The notes under the pieces were generated by a model. The model saw only the letters and a list, made by a program, of their open reading frames with translations. It was not told the DNA's origin and did not search any database. Positions 63,001 to 64,000 of a stretch of DNA of 64,000 nt are shown piece after piece. Location of the stretch: assembly GCA_003598025.1 (NCBI GenBank), contig QZKH01000005.1, forward strand, positions 4,682 through 68,681, written 5' to 3'. Origin of the DNA: Candidatus Omnitrophota bacterium. Its GTDB lineage: Bacteria; Omnitrophota; Gorgyraeia; Gygaellales; Profunditerraquicolaceae. The translations under genes and the position numbers were made by a program. Numbering within the stretch: position 1 is the stretch's first letter; each line of letters starts with the position of its first letter.

Positions 63001-63999
63001 GAATTCGGATTTTATGCTCTCCCTGGTGAATTTACGCTTACTTCTGAAAGCCATCGCTTCGGTAAAGTCTTTCGTTTTCGTAAAGGAAAAATTCTCATTG
63101 TATTTAATGTCCCTGTAGGGATGATAGATTTTTCTCATCATTCCTATTATCTGAAAGGTTTCGCGCTTAAATATCCAAGGGCTAAAACTCCAATTATCCC
63201 AGAAAGTATGGCTGTTGGTTTTCAGAAAGCATGGCAGATGTATCTTGCCGGAGAAAATACCGACAGTAATGCCCAAAAAATGCTGGAATTAGGCCAGCGT
63301 GGAGAATTAGCGCATCTTTCGCCGCAGATGATTAATGCCGAGAAAACTATATGTCTGAATTCTTGCAAAGTTGAAGAGGGAGAATTAGATGAGGGCTCTT
63401 TATGGCTGGTTAAAGAAGCTCTTGTTAGAGGCAACCCCCGTGATTCATCCGGGTCAAAAACAGGGAGCTCTCCTTTAGGCAAGGATGGTGAAACCAAAAC
63501 TATTACTATTTACGGTAAAGATATCAATGCCAATGGAACAGCACTCTCTTTAATAGGGGATGCGGTAAAGAGCGATGCTGAGGCGATAATGAAGTTGAGC
63601 GCAAGGCTTGAGAGGCTCGGATATATTCCCGAAGAAGAAACACTTTCAATACAGGATGTTGAATGGCAAGTATCTCACGGGGAGTTGTATATTCTCAGAG
63701 TTTACCGGGATAAAGATGGCGTAAATGGGTATGCTTATGGAAAACTTGACGCTAATGCCTGGGTTATCCCTCATATAGTAGTTGATGAAAAATCAGAAGG
63801 CCGCGGGATAGGAAGAGCCTTATTTGTTGATATGCTTATGCAATTGGAGAAACGTAAGGCAACTGAGATCCGTCTTACGACCGCAAGCGATGCTATGGAG
63901 CATATTGTATTTACTTCAGGGTTGTTCCAGGGGATGGGTGAGAGGAAATTCAGATTTGTATCCGGACATGTAAATGATGGCAAAGATATAATTAGGGAT
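1..63999 (+). CDS. Giant multi-module protein (partial, >21,300 aa, start and stop outside window); putative polyprotein with SSP-delimited modules
   Basis: Frame +1 reads VQPEQKPQGKVFIWPQ... at position 1 through ...GHVNDGKDIIRD at the end with no stop found. The ORF track has no ORF starting at a position = 1 mod 3 on +. Recognisable catalytic motifs occur in this frame from start to end. Confidence 0.93.
274..1740 (+). other. Module with two copies of an unassigned, possibly GNAT-like domain
   Basis: Internal duplication: AQEIVVRAY..IARRLW / IFKHIGL / SWRQWFYIDR versus GREMITRAF..IGKYLG / LFSELGF / QLDSWFYTNK. Confidence 0.45.
1965..2148. repeat. GC-rich palindromic DNA element, copy 1 (in-frame in a linker)
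   Basis: Shares ttctaccttccgtggctggtgg, tggtggggagcatttac and gaccatcggcttcgcc..gaggcgag.agg.agggtgg with 11758-11880; contains the ggcaggcaggcctgcctgcc palindrome. Confidence 0.8.
2194..3183 (+). other. Histidine-kinase-type HATPase_c module
   Basis: N box NLIENALDA (about 2887), G1 DNGNGM (about 2995), F/G2 FTTKAEGTGLGL (about 3049). Confidence 0.85.
3265..3897 (+). other. UPF0489/ureohydrolase-fold metallo-domain, copy 1
   Basis: TIDYHSD, GNWV and TLDLDYF motifs. Confidence 0.6.
6505..8290 (+). other. Alpha-glucan (glycogen/maltodextrin) phosphorylase-like domain, GT35
   Basis: SME...GGGLGVL, HTVVPQA, ARRFADFK, GGKAHERD, PPYEAAGMKDKK (region of the PLP lysine), GNGY. Confidence 0.85.
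8680..8990 (+). other. RsbT/anti-sigma-type HATPase Ser kinase domain
   Basis: SEIISNMWKFA, DKGPGIKDIESALRLGFSTYGSNGKGL, IESVAGEG. Confidence 0.8.
9217..9293. repeat. Two tandem REP-like hairpins (agggacggttct...agaaccgtccct family) in a linker
   Basis: agggacggttct-N-agaagcgtccc (9217-9250) and agggacagttct-N-agaaccgtccct (9259-9293). Confidence 0.75.
9745..10290 (+). other. Protein-kinase-like domain 1
   Basis: NGGGDAAVY, LVVK, RGIADWDIKAENYG, LDMGK. Confidence 0.7.
11758..11880. repeat. GC-rich palindromic DNA element, copy 2
   Basis: Homologous to 1965-2148 but translated in a different frame. Confidence 0.8.
12781..13210 (+). other. HAD-superfamily hydrolase domain
   Basis: WDMDETL (motif I), ATS (II), K (III), IGDNPGLD (IV). 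Confidence 0.8.
15880..17160 (+). other. Long coiled-coil region (about 420 aa)
   Basis: E/K/R/Q/L/A-rich heptad pattern, e.g. LQRRVLDLQKEIERSSGDRRKLEENRASTQEALE. Confidence 0.7.
17320..19062 (+). other. Module with TPR-like helical hairpins and unassigned domains
   Basis: AIRNAKRILELSPDHPEA and ARQNIRAVFDFYPGSKKA, both TPR-like. Confidence 0.45.
19075..19662 (+). other. Transglutaminase/papain-like Cys-His-Asp domain
   Basis: WVCFEHAGLL ... HYYVVI ... YLVDIF in the canonical order and spacing. Confidence 0.5.
20080..21546 (+). other. Cysteine-hydrolase-like domain fused to a histidine kinase (HisKA + HATPase_c)
   Basis: VIAGSTVGACH (isochorismatase-like, weak); H box KHDVNNRLTAI (H at 20743); NLFVNARQA, DNGPGI, FFTTKVDGSGMGL. 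Confidence 0.85.
21700..22705 (+). other. GH130 family glycoside phosphorylase/hydrolase (5-bladed propeller)
   Basis: GVLNPAV, IYRA, EDPR, KDVVLCPRK, NRP, IGAG, YGAAD. Confidence 0.85.
22708..22742. repeat. REP-like hairpin with perfect 12-bp arms
   Basis: agggacggttct caaaacaaggc agaaccgtccct. Confidence 0.8.
23200..23830 (+). other. Gluzincin-like Zn metallopeptidase domain
   Basis: AHEIMH (23446-23460) followed about 20 aa later by IHEFMSD. Confidence 0.7.
24004..25695 (+). other. GH13 alpha-amylase-family domain
   Basis: ILDFVTNH (region I), GLRADLA (nucleophile D), VAESY (acid/base E), FVENHDE (region IV), C-terminal beta domain LVVVNYS...LPAWGY. Confidence 0.9.
25708..26589 (+). other. 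Divergent protein-kinase-like domain 2
   Basis: HKRVYKV, LLK, FTEE, LDPNESN, IIDLD. Confidence 0.5.
27040..27720 (+). other. Hanks-type Ser/Thr kinase domain 3
   Basis: LGQGLEGTVFLARD, FALK, LMEYV, LH..GDIGLPN, VKLID, DIFQL..MLYWLVTG. Confidence 0.8.
27870..29430 (+). other. 4-alpha-glucanotransferase (GH77, MalQ-like) domain
   Basis: SGIFLPVYSLP, GIGDLG, WQISPLNP, AGAPADAF..GQAW.HPMYRW, RADH, GEDLG, GTHD, GNWSWR. Confidence 0.92.
30580..31245 (+). other. PHP-family phosphoesterase domain
   Basis: DMHLHSAYSD, AISDH, IPAVE, VLAHP, GIE, VGTDAH. Confidence 0.9.
31530..31935 (+). other. HD-domain phosphohydrolase (HD-GYP-like, GYP motif absent)
   Basis: HALRT, LAHDLGK, L.EDEY.II.SH, RHHP, VADEIDA, RP. 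Confidence 0.8.
32330..32950 (+). other. Protein-kinase-like domain 4
   Basis: FLK, REINIL, FHSKGVFHRDL, FIDFN, RDIAQLA. Confidence 0.75.
33055..33120. repeat. Imperfect palindromic repeat family B, copy 1
   Basis: ggtccgtttct...cagggaccgtttctgtcactgaccagagaagtgccccctg; similar sequence at 46648 and 55989. Confidence 0.75.
33181..34740 (+). other. Seven tandem XRE/Cro-type HTH domains
   Basis: Units begin YGQRL, HLRIKKVR, WADRI, YGRRI, YGDRI, YGKRI, WGERI, each with an S/T-x-x-E/D-L-A...WE...P...A..LGV...Y(L/I) pattern. Confidence 0.88.
35197..35778 (+). other. P-loop nucleoside/nucleotide-kinase-like domain
   Basis: IVAIDGSSSVGKTT Walker A (35275-35298), VIHGD, IVIFE. Confidence 0.7.
35788..36470 (+). 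other. Cation diffusion facilitator (CzcD/ZitB-like) transmembrane domain
   Basis: His-rich lead HHSHEH, SGSVALTGDAGHMFTD, NLNFRGAYKHIVAD, six hydrophobic helices ending LLRESL. Confidence 0.9.
36600..36990 (+). other. GNAT acetyltransferase domain
   Basis: LSVRDDYSGRGIGTALL motif A. Confidence 0.8.
37093..37800 (+). other. Alpha/beta domain with a possible caspase/CHAT-like His-Cys pair, plus two TM helices
   Basis: IDLFVLAIH ... TVILYVCKG; hydrophobic segments at 37595-37730. Confidence 0.3.
38190..39030 (+). other. Calcineurin-like metallophosphoesterase (PPP/Shelph-like)
   Basis: GDGH, QLGDV, LGNHE, FVHGG, VVGH, IDVALS. Confidence 0.85.
38278..38334 (+). repeat. 15-bp tandem repeat x3.8 encoding (GDSWQ)n
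   Basis: ggcgattcctggcaa x3 followed by gatgattcctgc. Confidence 0.95.
42061..43140 (+). other. FkbH-like domain (HAD-IIIC + GNAT-like), copy 1
   Basis: KCIVLDCDGVLWSG, LAINSKN, ANWQDK, FFDDSPQER, QLTHKTNRFNLT, FCLSCR. Confidence 0.9.
43170..43860 (+). other. Third copy of the unassigned domain seen at 274-1740
   Basis: GKEFIARGLL.GIAISRMLG / LFIELGF / FEASLRDNFLRWFYEDRI. Confidence 0.45.
45250..46300 (+). other. FkbH-like domain, copy 2
   Basis: KCLVLDCDGLLWAGIVGEDG, LAINSKNN, ANWQDK, FLDDS, QLSQRTNQFNLT, DRFGSAGIVG, FCLSCR. Confidence 0.9.
46648..46708. repeat. Palindromic repeat family B, copy 2
   Basis: aggtccgtttct...cagagaccgtttctgccactgaccagagaagtgccccctg. Confidence 0.75.
47203..47937 (+). 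other. Signal-peptide-led zincin-like module
   Basis: VSWRSIILLTALLITVNFDCG directly after SSSP; FHEMAGH (47686-47703) and NEIRAYQTE. Confidence 0.55.
48448..49200 (+). other. UPF0489/ureohydrolase-fold domain, copy 2
   Basis: HHH, LHIDSWGHDD, GNY, SVDLDIF, IFTSPGY. Confidence 0.65.
50020..50930 (+). other. Radical SAM domain
   Basis: CNLKCEPC (50059-50082), IGE, LTN, FSWD..H, LGPDGRLY. Confidence 0.8.
51535..52248 (+). other. Nucleotidyltransferase resembling the CCA-adding/poly(A) polymerase head
   Basis: ITGGAVIRALTG....GDLDF, IDV, DLTI. Confidence 0.6.
52261..55968 (+). other. Large alpha-helical module with TPR repeats
   Basis: TPR HATVLFHVGEYDQALEIFRRLVTDDPAD followed by about 1100 aa of predicted helix. 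Confidence 0.6.
55989..56025. repeat. Palindromic repeat family B, degenerate copy 3
   Basis: caggaccgtttttgtcattgaccacagaagtgtc. Confidence 0.6.
56041..56935 (+). other. Alpha/beta hydrolase preceded by an internal twin-arginine (Tat) signal
   Basis: ISRRAFFVTAAVASVTAAFLG; LFIHG, AYSCG nucleophile elbow, END, MHS. Confidence 0.75.
56974..58017 (+). other. HAD-IIB (PMM/Cof-like) hydrolase domain
   Basis: FMDKDGVV, IITGG, NG, LLKED, GAGDTEVD. Confidence 0.8.
58221..58600 (+). other. Minimal (Pol-beta-like) nucleotidyltransferase domain
   Basis: IYIVGSFANG....SDLDL, IDV. Confidence 0.8.
58660..59330 (+). other. Class I SAM-dependent methyltransferase
   Basis: VIDLGCGKG, VGID, ANASYLP, DAVVCMHMIEHL, KGGYVLIETP. 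Confidence 0.9.
59455..60450 (+). other. EamA/DMT-family transporter (about 10 TM helices)
   Basis: Two repeats of five hydrophobic helices; YFVGLKLISPISASVISQL.LIFT...LFLKERI signature. Confidence 0.85.
60580..61250 (+). other. Nucleotidyltransferase-like domain with helical tail
   Basis: VVRDSFLW...DDIDIY, IDLW, GVTIYG. Confidence 0.5.
61549..62490 (+). other. Rossmann/SAM-methyltransferase-like domain
   Basis: ALLLGLGN, IIVDLD, DLSG, YVVSS, GCIYFSD. Confidence 0.55.
62599..63465 (+). other. Winged-helix-like segment plus possible ADP-ribosyltransferase fold
   Basis: TLYHSATLEKILSIIEFGF resembles the LYHGT..nl.sI...Gl start of H-type ART/Tpt1-like domains. Confidence 0.4.
63550..63999 (+). 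other. GNAT acetyltransferase domain (runs to window end)
   Basis: GYAY, HIVVDEKSEGRGIGRALF, EIRL. Confidence 0.8.
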
Positions 64000-64000
64000 G

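Larger units (their letters stand above)
259..63477 (+). repeat. Dispersed peptide linker motif (S/A)SSP(I/L/V), about 60 copies at module boundaries
   Basis: SSP starts at about 262, 2185, 3256, 3898, 5602, 8356, 8995, 9199, 9307, 11572, 12067, 12751, 13501, 15097, 17311, 19066, 19663, 20071, 21547, 21691, 22756, 23995, 25699, 26593, 27790, 29743, 31345, 32206, 33121, 35188, 35779, 36496, 37084, 37804, 39073, 39211, 40042, 40714, 43936, 43996, 46630, 46861, 47194, 47938, 48439, 49243, 49939, 51526, 52252, 55972, 56965, 58021, 58135, 59386, 61480, 61540, 62527, 62590, 63466. Confidence 0.92.

Noticed and set aside
259-63477. CRISPR array or integron attC-like DNA repeats at the SSP sites
   Set aside because: SSP codons vary freely and spacing ranges from about 60 bp to about 3.7 kb; there is no conserved DNA repeat at most junctions
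204-63983. The short ORFs (60-202 aa) of the supplied track, mostly on the minus strand
   Set aside because: They overlap the giant frame +1 ORF, have S/L/I-rich antisense composition and carry no recognisable motifs; they are shadow ORFs
1-64000. Ordinary operon of separate genes, or an alternative genetic code with stop reassignment
   Set aside because: Module junctions have no stop codons or consistent RBS-ATG starts, and frame +1 is open under the standard code without any reassignment
1-64000. NRPS/PKS megasynthase or repetitive adhesin as the explanation for the ORF length
   Set aside because: No KS, adenylation, condensation, carrier, RTX or cadherin-type repeats were recognised
1-64000. 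tRNA, rRNA, transposase or intein sequences
   Set aside because: None recognised by eye; a covariance-model or HMM scan would be needed to exclude them formally

Overview
The whole 64 kb window appears to be the interior of one uninterrupted reading frame: + strand frame 1, positions 1-63999, about 21,333 codons, open at both ends. I found no in-frame stop when translating it by hand. The supplied ORF track contains no frame +1 ORF at all, which is what a finder that requires a stop codon would give; its short ORFs are shadows of this frame. The protein is a string of about 45 unrelated modules. Enzymes: glucan phosphorylase, GH13, GH77, GH130, 4 protein-kinase-like domains, 2 histidine-kinase ATPases, an RsbT-like kinase, HAD/PHP/HD/metallophosphoesterase hydrolases, two FkbH domains, radical SAM, nucleotidyltransferases, methyltransferases, GNATs and peptidases. 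Other modules: 7 tandem XRE HTHs, CDF and EamA transporters, TPR and coiled-coil blocks. Almost every module boundary carries the short peptide (S/A)-S-S-P-(I/L/V), about 60 times, written with freely varying codons. Some modules start with their own signal peptide, including a twin-arginine one, and several linkers hold in-frame palindromic DNA repeats or RAPP-like motifs. The architecture resembles the giant genes known from Candidatus Omnitrophota (taxonomy inferred) and suggests a bacterial polyprotein cut at a repeated SSP site into many effector or enzyme units. Domain calls come from motifs read by eye and boundaries are approximate.
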